DNA of 64,000 bases from Candidatus Latescibacterota bacterium (GCA_965116885.1 OZ220741.1:3840001-3904000); one strand, 5' to 3'; positions 1 through 9,699 are shown, numbered from the stretch's first letter. The notes: generated by a model not told the origin, from the sequence alone. Made by a program: numbers and translations.

Positions 1-1406
1 CCCTTTCGAGTATGTTGCGAAAACAGTGGTCTGAGCACGAGCGTGTGGCCTATCCCGTGCTTGGACCGCCCGTAGATCTGGCCTCAGCTGCCGATGCGCC
101 AAAGCGGGAAGGCATTTTGTACAATCGGTTGTTCTGGATCGGATGCGGCCTGATTTTTTTTGTGAAGGCGTGGAATATTATGTCGTATTTCAACCCCGGT
201 ATTCCCATTATCTGGTTGGGACAGCAGTGGTTTTATTTTGCCAGATTTTATCCTCCACAGCATACAGGGGTGAATTTTTTTACGATTGGCTTTGCGTATT
301 TTGCCAATGTGGATGTGTTGTTTTCCATTCTGGTATTTCATGTTCTGTATCTCAATGAAATTGCTTTTTTTCGCAGGATTGGGTTCACATTGTCGGCCAA
401 AACAGGTCCCGGCGATGCGGTGGCTGGCTTGCAAAGTGCCGGTGCATTTATCGCGCTGGTCTTCTGGACCTTTTGGACGGCGCGGCTGCATTTGAAGGAT
501 GTGTTTCGCAAGGCTTTGCAGGGCGATGACGAGGTAGATGATTCGAATGAGTTGATGTCGCATCGCATGGCGGTTATTTCGCTTGTGATCAGCGTGTTGT
601 TCATGTTGTTTTGGTTGCGCACGATGGGGTTGGAATGGAAATTTGTGTGTCTGTTAACCCTGGGTTTGTTCATTGCTTATGTTGGGCTTGCCCGCATTAT
701 TGCCGAAACGGGCGTGGTGTATATGAGCATGCCGATCAACGAGGCCGGGTTCGCAGGTTTGTTTTTTCATCCTGCAGATTATTCGGCTGGGGCGCGAACG
801 TCTATCACGCTGTTTTCTTCCTTGCGTTGCCAGAGCAAAGCGATGTTTATGGTGCCTCTGGTTCACATTGCCAGGTTGGGCGAGTTGATCCAGCAGCAAA
901 GGGGGCGTTTGTTGATGACTGTGCTTGTGACGCTTATCGTCGGGATCGGTGGTACGGTGATTCTGACGATTTTTTTGAGTTATACATACGGCGCATATAA
1001 TTTTAATGATCTCCCATTTACGCGCTATCCGCCGCGCGTGTACGACGCGCTGGTCAAAGCGTTAAAAGAAGTGCCCGAACACAAACCCGAACGCTATTTG
1101 TTTCTCGGTGCTGGGATGCTCATTTTTAGTGTTATGAGTTTTTTGCGGTATCGCTTTACATGGTGGCCCCTGCATCCTATGGGGATGATTGTGCCGGTTG
1201 GTCACGCGATGCATTCGACGATGTCTATTTTGATTGCGTGGAGTGCCAAAGCGATTATTCTTCGCATTGGGGGAGCTTCGCTTTACCGGCGTAGCAGGCC
1301 CTTTTTTGTCGGGATGCTGGTGGGCTATGGGCTTGCCGTGTTCACGTCCTATGTGGTGGATCAAATCTGGTTTCCCGGACGCGGGCATCACATGCATTCG
1401 TGGTAG
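1..1406 (+). CDS. DUF6785/DUF6784-like multi-pass membrane protein (putative OPT-like transporter), 5'-truncated by the window edge
   Basis: Many TM segments; QWSEHERVAYP and WWPLHPMG motifs and the C-terminus RPFFVGMLVG...DQIWFPGRGH resemble the paralog at 37851-39806. Confidence 0.7.
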   Translation, partial: LSSMLRKQWSEHERVAYPVLGPPVDLASAADAPKREGILYNRLFWIGCGLIFFVKAWNIMSYFNPGIPIIWLGQQWFYFARFYPPQHTGVNFFTIGFAYFANVDVLFSILVFHVLYLNEIAFFRRIGFTLSAKTGPGDAVAGLQSAGAFIALVFWTFWTARLHLKDVFRKALQGDDEVDDSNELMSHRMAVISLVISVLFMLFWLRTMGLEWKFVCLLTLGLFIAYVGLARIIAETGVVYMSMPINEAGFAGLFFHPADYSAGARTSITLFSSLRCQSKAMFMVPLVHIARLGELIQQQRGRLLMTVLVTLIVGIGGTVILTIFLSYTYGAYNFNDLPFTRYPPRVYDALVKALKEVPEHKPERYLFLGAGMLIFSVMSFLRYRFTWWPLHPMGMIVPVGHAMHSTMSILIAWSAKAIILRIGGASLYRRSRPFFVGMLVGYGLAVFTSYVVDQIWFPGRGHHMHSW

Positions 1407-1411
1407 GGGAT

Positions 1412-2854
1412 ATGAGCGATCAGTCTTTGGCGACACGAGCGGTGCGCGGGGCGTTTTGGACAGGTGGCGGGTTGGGCGTGCATCTCATCGTGACACTGAT
1501 TTTTTTTCGGATTCTAAATCTGGAAGATATGGGGTATTTCATCTGGGCACAGCGCGTTCTGGTTTTGTTTCAGATGGTCGGTGTATTGGGGCTAAATGAT
1601 GCTCTGATAAAATATCAAGATGCCTCTCGCATTCATTTTTCTTCTGCTTTTTGGGCCTGTCTTTTTGTGGGAGTTGCACTTTTTGCCGGGTTTATGGCAA
1701 GTGAGTGGCTTTTGATTATCTGGGTGGGAAGAACGCCGAATATCGCGGCGTTTTTTGATATTGCAAAACCCATGGCTTTGATTATTCCGCTTGCATCTGT
1801 TTCGGGTATTGTGAAAGCAATACTGGCTCGGGAATTGCGTTTTCAGTCCATAGCAATAAGTGAGATGGCCGCTGCGTTGATTGCCGCAATGGTTGGCATT
1901 GGTCTTCTCATTGGTGGTTGGGGCATAAAAAGTGCGGTTTGGAATGCAATAGCGAGAGAGATCGCATTGTTGGTCGGTTTGTGGATTGCCGCTGCCTGGA
2001 TGCCGTCGCTGTCGTTTAGTTGGGCAAAACTGAAGGCGCTTTTGCCATTTGGATTCAATGTTTCTGGCGCGAATCTGCTCAATAATATCAACAATAATTT
2101 GGACAAGGTCTATTTTGTTCCCGTTTTGCTGGGTCCTGTTGCTGCGGGTCTGTACGCTTTTGCCTATCAATACACAATGGTTCCATTGAATCGGGCGAGT
2201 GTTGTGTTGACGCGGGTGATCTTTCCGGCTTTTTCCGTGGTGCAGCGCAATAATCAGACTTTGCGACGGGGATATACGCGCACGATTACTGCGATTGCCC
2301 TTTTGTCCTGGCCCGCGCTAATAGGTGGTTTTATTTATGGGCGAGAAATTTTGTTGTTCGTAAAAGGCGAGGAGATGTTGCCTGCCCTTAATCCACTCAG
2401 GCTGTTGATTTTAGCGGGTATGCTTAAAGCTGTGGGCACGGTTGTAGGATCGGTTTTTCTCGCCAAGGGAAAGGCAAACTGGTCGTTTCGATGGACGCTT
2501 GTAAATCTGATTGTTTTTGTGCCCGCGCTTTATTGGGGCGTGCGCTATGGTATTGATGGGATCGCAGCCGTGCTTTCAGCGGCTGCCGTGTTATTTCTCG
2601 TGGTTACGCAAATACTGGTCAACCGGTTGATCGATTTGCGAATGGTCGATTATTTCAAGTCATTTGTCGGGCCATTTCTGACGACGCTATGGGTCGCGAT
2701 TGCGCTGGTCGCGGTTCGGTCATTGACAGATCTGGGGCATGTTGAATCTCTGTTGGTGGGGGTGACGGTCGGGAGCATTGCTTATGCGATTGCTATTCGT
2801 TTGTTCGCCTGGGCATTTGTGATGCGGTTCTGGCGTGATTTCCGGGGGCAATAG
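1412..2854 (+). CDS. Wzx/MOP-family flippase (polysaccharide biosynthesis protein)
   Basis: N-terminal SLATRAVRGAFWT, about 12-14 TM helices, LGPVAAGLYAFAYQ and VIFPAFS motifs. Confidence 0.8.
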   Translation: MSDQSLATRAVRGAFWTGGGLGVHLIVTLIFFRILNLEDMGYFIWAQRVLVLFQMVGVLGLNDALIKYQDASRIHFSSAFWACLFVGVALFAGFMASEWLLIIWVGRTPNIAAFFDIAKPMALIIPLASVSGIVKAILARELRFQSIAISEMAAALIAAMVGIGLLIGGWGIKSAVWNAIAREIALLVGLWIAAAWMPSLSFSWAKLKALLPFGFNVSGANLLNNINNNLDKVYFVPVLLGPVAAGLYAFAYQYTMVPLNRASVVLTRVIFPAFSVVQRNNQTLRRGYTRTITAIALLSWPALIGGFIYGREILLFVKGEEMLPALNPLRLLILAGMLKAVGTVVGSVFLAKGKANWSFRWTLVNLIVFVPALYWGVRYGIDGIAAVLSAAAVLFLVVTQILVNRLIDLRMVDYFKSFVGPFLTTLWVAIALVAVRSLTDLGHVESLLVGVTVGSIAYAIAIRLFAWAFVMRFWRDFRGQ

Positions 2855-2925
2855 ATTGTGATTGTGTTGTCCGCCCGTTCATGGCATACTGCAAGCATCT
2901 GGGTGGAAAACTAAAGGAGGCTGTT

Positions 2926-4008
2926 TTGAAAACCTACCGCGTGGGTATTATTGGATTGGGACGGATGGGCAGCACGATTGACGATGAAGGGCATGCTGTC
3001 AAACCGTATTCTGTTGCGGCCTGTTGTGAGGCGATAGATCAACTCGAACTGGTCGCTGGCTCCGATTTGCAAGCAGATAAGCGGGCGGCTTTTACCGAGC
3101 GATGGGGTGTGAAGGCTGTGTACGAAGATTATCTGGAGATGGTGGCGCGAGAGTCGCTCGATCTGGTGGCGGTGTGTACAACGGCTTCGGGTTTGTTTAA
3201 ACCCGCGAATGAAGCACCCGATGCCAATTTCAGAGGCGATTCACATGCGGATTTAACCGTGGGCCTTGCCAATGCTGGGGTGCCGATGTTGTATGTGGAG
3301 AAGGCGATGGCGAGTTCGATGGCGCGGGCGGATGAGATTTTGGAAGCGGTGAGATCAAATGGCACTGTGTTCAATACGGGTGTTTTGAGACGATTTAACG
3401 TGAGCTACCACGCCGTGCGCCACGCAATTGCCGAGGGTGAAATTGGTGAACCCAAAGCAGCTATTCACTACGCGGCCTCGTCTTTGATGCACGGGCATAT
3501 CCACTCTATAGATACGCTCTCTTTTTTGTTGGGCGATCCAAAGATTGAATCGGTGAGGGGCGAGTTGTTGCCGCGAGATTTTGAGATAGAGAACAATCAC
3601 ATTGCTTTTGATCCGAGCGCGACTTTTCAATTGCGATTTAAAAATGGCGTAGAAGCCTGTTCGGTACCCGCTGGCGGGTGGGAGTTTGAGGTGATAGGTA
3701 CAAAAGGGTGCATTCGGTCAATTAACAATGGGGATGGCATAAAGCTCAGAAAAACCGGTGACATGGTGGGCAAACGCCAGGGTTGGGACGATGCGGAGAT
3801 CGCGCCTGTTGCGCCCAAAAGTCATGTGGTGTCGTGTCTTGAGGATTTGATAGACGCTTATGAACAAGGGCGTCCAACACTGGGGCATGTGGAGGTTGCC
3901 CATCATATCACTGAGGCTTGTATTGCCGTGGCGGAGAGTCATCGCCGGGGGAGTGCGTGGGTTAATCTACCGTTGGTAGAACGGGATTTGTACATTTTTC
4001 ACGTTTAG
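2926..4008 (+). CDS. Gfo/Idh/MocA family oxidoreductase
   Basis: Rossmann GIIGLGRMG and EKAMA motif; TTG start after AAAGGAGG RBS. Confidence 0.85.
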   Translation: MKTYRVGIIGLGRMGSTIDDEGHAVKPYSVAACCEAIDQLELVAGSDLQADKRAAFTERWGVKAVYEDYLEMVARESLDLVAVCTTASGLFKPANEAPDANFRGDSHADLTVGLANAGVPMLYVEKAMASSMARADEILEAVRSNGTVFNTGVLRRFNVSYHAVRHAIAEGEIGEPKAAIHYAASSLMHGHIHSIDTLSFLLGDPKIESVRGELLPRDFEIENNHIAFDPSATFQLRFKNGVEACSVPAGGWEFEVIGTKGCIRSINNGDGIKLRKTGDMVGKRQGWDDAEIAPVAPKSHVVSCLEDLIDAYEQGRPTLGHVEVAHHITEACIAVAESHRRGSAWVNLPLVERDLYIFHV

Positions 4009-4028
4009 GTCTTCATTGGGAGCAGACC

Positions 4029-5111
4029 ATGAAAACATATCGCGCAGCATTGATTGGATGCAGTCGGATGGGTGCATTTATTGACAACGAGGTGGATCAT
4101 ACGCGGGCGTATTCCCATGCGGCGGGATACGAGGCATGTGATCGAACAGATCTGGTCGCGTGTTCGGATCTGCGCGAAGATGTGATGGCGCAGGCGGGCG
4201 AGCGATATGGGGTGCCAAAATCGCGACAGTACACGGATTATCGGGAACTTATCAATACGGAAGAGCCAGATATTGTGAGCGTGGCGACGCAGCCAGAGCA
4301 GCGCGCAGAGATTGTGGTATATGCTGCCGAGCACGGGGCGAAAGCGATTTATGCTGAAAAAGCGATGGCGGCTTCTATGGCGGATGCCGATGCGATGGTC
4401 GATGCGTGTGAGCGCAATGGGGTGTTTTTCAATCTGGGCACTAATCGGCGATGGGATAGAGGGTATGACAGTATGAAGGAGGTGATTGACAGCGGGCGCA
4501 TTGGGCGGTTGCGGTCGCTGATCATTCACCAGACGAGTTCTCTTTTCAATGGTGCGAGTCACAGTTTTGATCTGTTGATGCGCCTCAATAGCGATCACCC
4601 CGCGTCGTGGGTACAAGCACATCTATCGCAGGGTGCGGATGAGATTGAGGGGAATATTTTGAAGGCGGATCCCGTGGGGCACGGAATTATCCAGTTTGAA
4701 AATGGCGTGACGGCTTATGCCCTCAACTCCGGAAGGGGTATGGAGGTTGAAGCTGTGGGCGATGCGGGTGTTGTGACGGCTTTGCAAAATGGCGCGGGGT
4801 GGCAGGTGCGCGAGGTGGTTGGGCACGATCACAGGGGACGAAATGTGCTGGGGTTTGGAGATTTTCCAGAGGTGGAGCCGACGAGTTCAACGGTACATTT
4901 GATTGAGGATCTGGCACATGCGCTGGATACGGGCGAACCGACGCGGTGCGGTGTGCGGTTGGCACATGCCAATCAAGAATTGATTTTTGCTTGTGTCGAG
5001 TCGCACCAGCGAGGGGGCGAGCGGGTGCATCTGCCGCTGAAAGACTGTCCCTATCGCATGGATCGCGGTTTTGCACCCAGGCAACCGAAGTTTGAACGAA
5101 TAGACGAATAG
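4029..5111 (+). CDS. Gfo/Idh/MocA family oxidoreductase
   Basis: ALIGCSRMG and YAEKAMA motifs; paralog of the upstream gene. Confidence 0.85.
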   Translation: MKTYRAALIGCSRMGAFIDNEVDHTRAYSHAAGYEACDRTDLVACSDLREDVMAQAGERYGVPKSRQYTDYRELINTEEPDIVSVATQPEQRAEIVVYAAEHGAKAIYAEKAMAASMADADAMVDACERNGVFFNLGTNRRWDRGYDSMKEVIDSGRIGRLRSLIIHQTSSLFNGASHSFDLLMRLNSDHPASWVQAHLSQGADEIEGNILKADPVGHGIIQFENGVTAYALNSGRGMEVEAVGDAGVVTALQNGAGWQVREVVGHDHRGRNVLGFGDFPEVEPTSSTVHLIEDLAHALDTGEPTRCGVRLAHANQELIFACVESHQRGGERVHLPLKDCPYRMDRGFAPRQPKFERIDE

Positions 5112-5191
5112 ACGAATAGACGAATAGACGAACTCCACTCAACCTCCCAATTGTTGATTCGTTGATTCGTTGATTCGTTGATTCGCAGATT
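5096..5191. repeat. Octamer tandem-repeat hairpin element: (GACGAATA)n - C-rich spacer - (GTTGATTC)n
   Basis: Tandem octamers directly visible; the two arms are imperfect reverse complements. Confidence 0.85.
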
Positions 5192-5208
5192 CTCATGAGG
5201 AGGTTATT

Positions 5209-6225
5209 GTGGAATATCGCGAGTTTGGACAGACGGGTTTGAAGGTTTCGGCAATCGGTTTTGGATGCTGGGAATTGGGCGGGGGATATGGGTCTATTGA
5301 TGACGCTGAGGTCGTCGCTGCGGTCAATCGAGCTATTGATCTGGGTATCAATTGTTTTGATACGGCGCAGGGATATGGCAAGGGCGCGTCTGAACGGTTG
5401 CTCGCGCGTGCGCTGGGACCCAGGCGCAAAGATGTGATTTTGGTTACGAAGTTCGGCATTGGATACGAGCAGGGCAGAGATAGCAGCAAAGAGATGGTCC
5501 ACCGGGCGATTGAGCAGAGTTTGGAGATGCTGAATACCGATTATGTCGATGTGTATCTCGTGCATTGGCCCGACCGCGATACGCCTTTTGAAGAGACTAT
5601 GGGCGCGCTGGAGGAGATTGTCCAGGCAGGGAAGACGCGGTTTGTGGGGCTGTCGAATTTTACGCCTCCGGAAATCGCGCGGTGTATGGATGCGCGGCGC
5701 GTGGAGGTGTTGCAATACGGGTGTAATTTGTTTGACCGCCGCCATGTAAAATGGACGTTTCCATACGCGGAAGCAAATAATGTGGGGATAATGACTTATG
5801 GCTCGCTGGCTTATGGCTTGCTCGCTGGCGCGTTTACAGAAGATACGGTTTTTGAAGATAATGATTGGCGCAGAAGAGGCGGTAGCAATACGACTTTGCG
5901 CCTGTTTGAACCGGGTATTTTCCAGCGCAATGTTCGGGCGGTGAATGAGTTGAAGGAGATCGCCGCGGGGCTGGGTAAAAATCTGCCGCATATGGCGCTG
6001 AATTGGGTGTTGTCTCACCGGGCTGTGAGTACGGCACTGGTGGGTGCGCGAAGGCCAGAAGAAGTAGAAGACAATATGGGCGCTCTGGGGTGGACGTTGG
6101 ATGAGGATACAAAGCGGGCAATTGATCGGGTTTTTGCCAAATACGAGATCGATACGGCACCCAATAAGTGGGGTGAAATTGATTCTAAGTGGATGGATAT
6201 AGATCCTTTAGAATGGTCAGAATGA
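5209..6225 (+). CDS. Aldo/keto reductase
   Basis: VSAIGFGCW, FDTAQGYG, DVYLVHWPD, VGLSNF motifs. Confidence 0.9.
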   Translation: MEYREFGQTGLKVSAIGFGCWELGGGYGSIDDAEVVAAVNRAIDLGINCFDTAQGYGKGASERLLARALGPRRKDVILVTKFGIGYEQGRDSSKEMVHRAIEQSLEMLNTDYVDVYLVHWPDRDTPFEETMGALEEIVQAGKTRFVGLSNFTPPEIARCMDARRVEVLQYGCNLFDRRHVKWTFPYAEANNVGIMTYGSLAYGLLAGAFTEDTVFEDNDWRRRGGSNTTLRLFEPGIFQRNVRAVNELKEIAAGLGKNLPHMALNWVLSHRAVSTALVGARRPEEVEDNMGALGWTLDEDTKRAIDRVFAKYEIDTAPNKWGEIDSKWMDIDPLEWSE

Positions 6226-6231
6226 GAGGAT

Positions 6232-7179
6232 ATGATGGATAACGTGCGCGTTGGTGTGATTGGATGTGGTGGCCGGGGGAGAGGACATATCCGGTCTTTG
6301 AATGAGTTTGAAGATGTGCATCTCTCAGCGGTTTGCGATCCGGTTGTGGATATCCGCGAGTCCGTGTGTGAAGAGTACGGGATTGAGGGGCAATACGGCG
6401 ATGTTTCCGCATTGCTCGAAGGCGAGGCTCTGGATGCGGTTTTTGTCGCGCCGCCTGCACACTTGAATGCCGCGCTTGCATTGCCGTGTCTGGAGGCTGG
6501 CGTCCATACCTTTTTGGAGAAACCTCCTGGTTTGAGCTTGAAAGAGACCGAGGCGCTAAAAGCTGCGTCGGACGAAACGGGCGCGAAGGCCATGGTGGGA
6601 TGGAATCGGCGATTTCATCCGATTATTGTCGAGGCGCGCAATCTGGTGCTGGATCGTGGTCCTGTGACGCAATTGGTGGGGGAGTTCCACAAGAGTATTA
6701 CGGATTTGGGGAATTCGGGTAAGTTTGCCGAGGTGCTGATGGATTGTATGCTTTTTGAGACGCCGATTCACGCGATTGATACGGTCCGCTTTTTGGCGGA
6801 TGCCGATGTTTCCGAGGTTCACAGTGTGGTGCAGCGGTCTATGTCCGGCTATCGGGATGTACACGCGGCGCTCGTCGCGTTTGAAAATGGCGTTGTCGCG
6901 CAGCTTATTCACAATTATACGACCAATGCCAGGCTGGAGCGTTATGAGATTCACGGGCACGAGATTTCGGCTTATCTGGAGGGCGTGTCGCGCGGAGAGG
7001 TTTTTTGCGATGGCGAGAAAAGAGGATTGAGCGGGGATGGATCGGGAACAGACGAACAGAACCGATTTTTTATCGATTGTGTGAAAGAAGATCGCCCGGT
7101 CGCACTCCCCGCGGCAAATTTGGATGAAGCGATTAAGACGATGGAACTGGCCGAGGCGATTATGGCGGGGACGCGATAG
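6232..7179 (+). CDS. Gfo/Idh/MocA family oxidoreductase
   Basis: VGVIGCGGRG, FLEKPP, VGWNRRF motifs. Confidence 0.9.
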   Translation: MMDNVRVGVIGCGGRGRGHIRSLNEFEDVHLSAVCDPVVDIRESVCEEYGIEGQYGDVSALLEGEALDAVFVAPPAHLNAALALPCLEAGVHTFLEKPPGLSLKETEALKAASDETGAKAMVGWNRRFHPIIVEARNLVLDRGPVTQLVGEFHKSITDLGNSGKFAEVLMDCMLFETPIHAIDTVRFLADADVSEVHSVVQRSMSGYRDVHAALVAFENGVVAQLIHNYTTNARLERYEIHGHEISAYLEGVSRGEVFCDGEKRGLSGDGSGTDEQNRFFIDCVKEDRPVALPAANLDEAIKTMELAEAIMAGTR

Positions 7180-7180
7180 G

Positions 7181-7203
7181 GCGAATAGACGAATAGACGA
7201 ATC
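7181..7203. repeat. Partial copy of the (GACGAATA)n octamer element
   Basis: gcgaatagacgaatagacgaatc directly after the stop codon. Confidence 0.7.
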
Positions 7204-7232
7204 AGCGGAACGGGTGTTGTCCATTCTTTCTA

Positions 7233-7261
7233 TTGACAATATTTTCCGAATCCCGTAATTT
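7233..7261 (+). promoter_or_regulatory. Sigma70-type promoter of tRNA-Pro
   Basis: TTGACA-N17-TAATTT ending 15 bp upstream of the tRNA. Confidence 0.7.
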
Positions 7262-7275
7262 TCAGATAACAGAAA

Positions 7276-7352
7276 CGAGGTGTGGCTCAGTCCGGTAGAG
7301 CACCTGCTTTGGGAGCAGGGGGCCGGGGGTTCAAATCCCTCCACCTCGACCA
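7276..7352 (+). tRNA. tRNA-Pro(TGG)
   Basis: Acceptor CGAGGTG/CACCTCG, anticodon arm CCTGC-TTTGGGA-GCAGG, T-loop TTCAAAT, encoded CCA. Confidence 0.97.
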
Positions 7353-7355
7353 ATA

Positions 7356-7396
7356 ACAAGGGGTTGTGAGTTTTTCTCGCAACCTCTTGTCGTTTT
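7356..7396 (+). terminator. Hairpin terminator after tRNA-Pro
   Basis: ACAAGGGGTTGTGAG / CTCGCAACCTCTTGT stem followed by CGTTTT. Confidence 0.6.
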
Positions 7397-7404
7397 GAGG
7401 AATG

Positions 7405-7447
7405 AAAGAAAAAGCGCCTGTGCAAAATCGCACAAGCGCTTTCTTTT
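7405..7447 (-). terminator. Hairpin terminator, probably the original tRNA-Gln terminator displaced by the island
   Basis: AAAGCGCCTGTGC / GCACAAGCGCTTT stem with A/T runs on both sides, adjacent to the duplicated tRNA-Gln 3' end at 7448-7457. Confidence 0.6.
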
Positions 7448-7449
7448 TT

Positions 7450-7911
7450 GGTTGCCCGATAGATGCATTCACTGAACGTTTCTGTGTGTGGGATAACTTC
7501 CCCATCCACCACTTCCGCAGGAACAAGAAGCCCATAATCGCAATCGGACAGAAAAAGAAAAAACAATTGGTCACTCAAAAATTGCACCATCCCAATTATC
7601 TCAAAAGGGCCATGTATTATCACGAGCTTCTTGAAAAGGGCCACGTTCAATCTCAGAGGGCACTTGCGAAACATGTGGGAATTTCGCAACCCAAAATTCA
7701 CCTGATTCTACAGATGCTCAAACTGGATGAAGAAATTAAGGATTTTATCTTGAAGATAGATGACACAGACCCAGGGCTACGTTTCCTGACTGCCTATCGG
7801 TTGCAGCCGTTATTCCAGGTTAAGAGCAAGGAGAGACAAAGAAGGAAATTTTGGAAAATGATTGGGGAGCAATATCCAGGCCAAAGGGCCTGTGAGCAGG
7901 TTGGGCTATGA
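7450..7911 (+). CDS. HTH-containing C-terminal segment of a large serine recombinase, separated from its N-terminal part by integration; possible internal ATG at 7612
   Basis: LKRAMYYHELLEKGHVQSQRALAKHVGISQPKIHLILQMLKLDEEIKDFIL resembles the C-terminal HTH of island serine recombinases; the frame is open from the att core. Confidence 0.6.
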   Translation, partial: GCPIDAFTERFCVWDNFPIHHFRRNKKPIIAIGQKKKKQLVTQKLHHPNYLKRAMYYHELLEKGHVQSQRALAKHVGISQPKIHLILQMLKLDEEIKDFILKIDDTDPGLRFLTAYRLQPLFQVKSKERQRRKFWKMIGEQYPGQRACEQVGL

Positions 7912-7945
7912 ATTGATGGCTGAATAAAATAGATTGATCTTTTTC

Positions 7946-7990
7946 AAATGGGCGATATATTGTCTTTATTGGATGATATATCGCCCATTT
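7946..7990. repeat. Perfect 15-bp inverted repeat with 15-nt loop
   Basis: AAATGGGCGATATAT ... ATATATCGCCCATTT. Confidence 0.85.
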
Positions 7991-8088
7991 TATTTCTACA
8001 AAAATAGATGAGAGAAATGACATGTTTCATTGACAAGAGTTGCGGCCACAACTGCGGACTACCTCGTGCTGTATGTGAATCGCGATAT

Positions 8089-8149
8089 GGATGGTACAGG
8101 ATGATTGGGATGAACCTTCTACATTATCCACGAAAGCGGAGTAACTCCA
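8089..8149 (+). mobile_element. Partial mini-element (right end), IS3-like terminus family
   Basis: Ends TCCACGAAAGCGGAGTAACTCCA; the preceding ~40 bp are homologous to 9757-9806. Confidence 0.7.
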
Positions 8150-8180
8150 AAGTTTCATCTTAACTCGCTTATCGCATACC

Positions 8181-8264
8181 TTGTGCCGATAGCTTACGCA
8201 AAATTGCACCAAACACAGGCTTGAACCTAGGCCCTAAATACCCCACCAAAACGGGGTAACTCCA
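8181..8264 (+). mobile_element. Partial mini-element (right end), IS3-like terminus family
   Basis: Ends CCCACCAAAACGGGGTAACTCCA; the preceding ~60 bp are homologous to 16017-16077. Confidence 0.75.
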
Positions 8265-8478
8265 GCAGCACCAGTGCTCCGAGCACAATGTGGAGATCTT
8301 TACTGGGGCGCCCAAAGTCTTTGCTGAAATGGGGTGCCAGTTCCCCAACAGGTAGCTCCGAAAGCAGATACTCTCGGAAGACGCCAGCCCAGGAATGATC
8401 AAGGAGTTGCTTGCGTTTGGCCCCCAGGCTGTATCCAGAAATCCGGTGGGGACGCCGAATCGCGGTCTCGTAAGGTAA
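8265..8478 (+). pseudogene. Possible GC-richer gene fragment truncated by the mini-element
   Basis: Reading frame begins at the repeat end, has one TAG at 8353-8355 and ends TAA at 8476-8478; no recognised family. Confidence 0.25.
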
Positions 8479-8675
8479 GCATAAACGAAAGATAGCTCAC
8501 CTTACCCTTCGTGACAATCTCTGACTTTTTGCCGTCCCGTCAAATGTCGTGGATGATCCAGACGCATCAACTCATAAAATCATTACGGTTCTAGCTCATT
8601 GGACTTGACCATGATTTAAAATCTACAGAATTTATAGTTGAACAAAATGAATTTACACTCTAAAGGAGGTATAAC

Positions 8676-9077
8676 ATGGCTAACATGGCCCCATTTTTCC
8701 AAGAATTTTATTCTCAACATCTTGAAGAGTATCTGGGCGGCCAAGATGGTGATACGATAAATATAGTTAATGAAGCTATTGACTATGCAGTAGATCGTTT
8801 GGAAAACCGAAAAGTGCTTCGTTCAGATGCACGGCTGTTCCTAACAATTAACCTGCACGAAATTGTCGCGATACCTTTATCTCAACAGAATTCTCCAACG
8901 AGATTGACTGCTGATATTGTAGGGGAACTCAGAGAAGATACATACAGAATCCTTCAGGCTGCTTCGTTACGCGCAGGAAATAGAGAGGAATTGGCAGCGT
9001 CACACATAGTATGGGGTTTAGCATTTGTTCTAGACGATTTAAATTTAAAGAATTGGAGATTTTGGGACCCCATATAA
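8676..9077 (+). CDS. Hypothetical all-helical protein, possible histone-like fold
   Basis: Strong AAAGGAGGT RBS; 133 aa; segments resemble archaeal histone alpha2/L2/alpha3 (fold call speculative). Confidence 0.75.
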   Translation: MANMAPFFQEFYSQHLEEYLGGQDGDTINIVNEAIDYAVDRLENRKVLRSDARLFLTINLHEIVAIPLSQQNSPTRLTADIVGELREDTYRILQAASLRAGNREELAASHIVWGLAFVLDDLNLKNWRFWDPI

Positions 9078-9149
9078 GAGCCATAGGAATAAGTTATGCC
9101 CCGCGATATAAACGATTAAATTTAGAGGCTTAGAGGCTTTGAGACTGCA

Positions 9150-9653
9150 ATGAATGATAAAGATACTATAAGACTTGAAATATGGAAGATGCTCTTCTCG
9201 GTCGCAATTGGCTTAATTGTAGCCTCAACAACTTTTATTGTATATGCATTCAAAAAACCGTCTCTTGGTCCAGCCTTCTGGATATTGTTCGGGATTGGCA
9301 TGGCGGCCCTTTTTATGAGTTGCATTTTGGGCAGTAAAGGGGCATCGCGTATCCCAAATCCAGGCAATTTATTCAATTTACAGGCGTTGTGTTGTGCGGC
9401 CGGATTCTTTCTTCTTGCTATCAGCTTTATCTTTTTGGCTAAACCGACAGAAAACAACACTGTAATTTCAATTATCGGGCTACCAAAAGACTCAGAGCAA
9501 GCTGGCCACATTGTCCAGATACTAGACATAGAGAAATTCTATGAGATCATTACAAGGCTCGAAGCTGTGGAGCAAGATCTGGAAGATTTGCAGAAAAAGT
9601 TCTCGAAAAAAGAAGTAGTGTTGCCTGATACAGCTACTGTATCAGGGCATTGA
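9150..9653 (+). CDS. Hypothetical membrane protein (3 TM helices plus C-terminal coiled coil)
   Basis: Three hydrophobic stretches, then the heptad-like EIITRLEAVEQDLEDLQKK. Confidence 0.7.
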   Translation: MNDKDTIRLEIWKMLFSVAIGLIVASTTFIVYAFKKPSLGPAFWILFGIGMAALFMSCILGSKGASRIPNPGNLFNLQALCCAAGFFLLAISFIFLAKPTENNTVISIIGLPKDSEQAGHIVQILDIEKFYEIITRLEAVEQDLEDLQKKFSKKEVVLPDTATVSGH

Positions 9654-9699
9654 TCTATCGGATAGTCTTGATATTATGCTCTGTCGTAGCGATTTTGCT

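Noticed and set aside
7276..7352. tRNA-Pro as the island integration site
   Set aside because: No duplicate of its 3' end was found and it keeps its own hairpin; the duplicated sequence matches tRNA-Gln.
7402..7449. ATG at 7402 as the true start of the 169-aa ORF
   Set aside because: The first 16 codons run through a terminator hairpin outside the att repeat; probably fortuitous, although a GAGG lies just upstream so it cannot be fully excluded.
4723..7701. Long minus-strand ORFs 4723-6018 and 6556-7701
   Set aside because: Antisense shadows of well-supported genes, crossing repeats and a tRNA.
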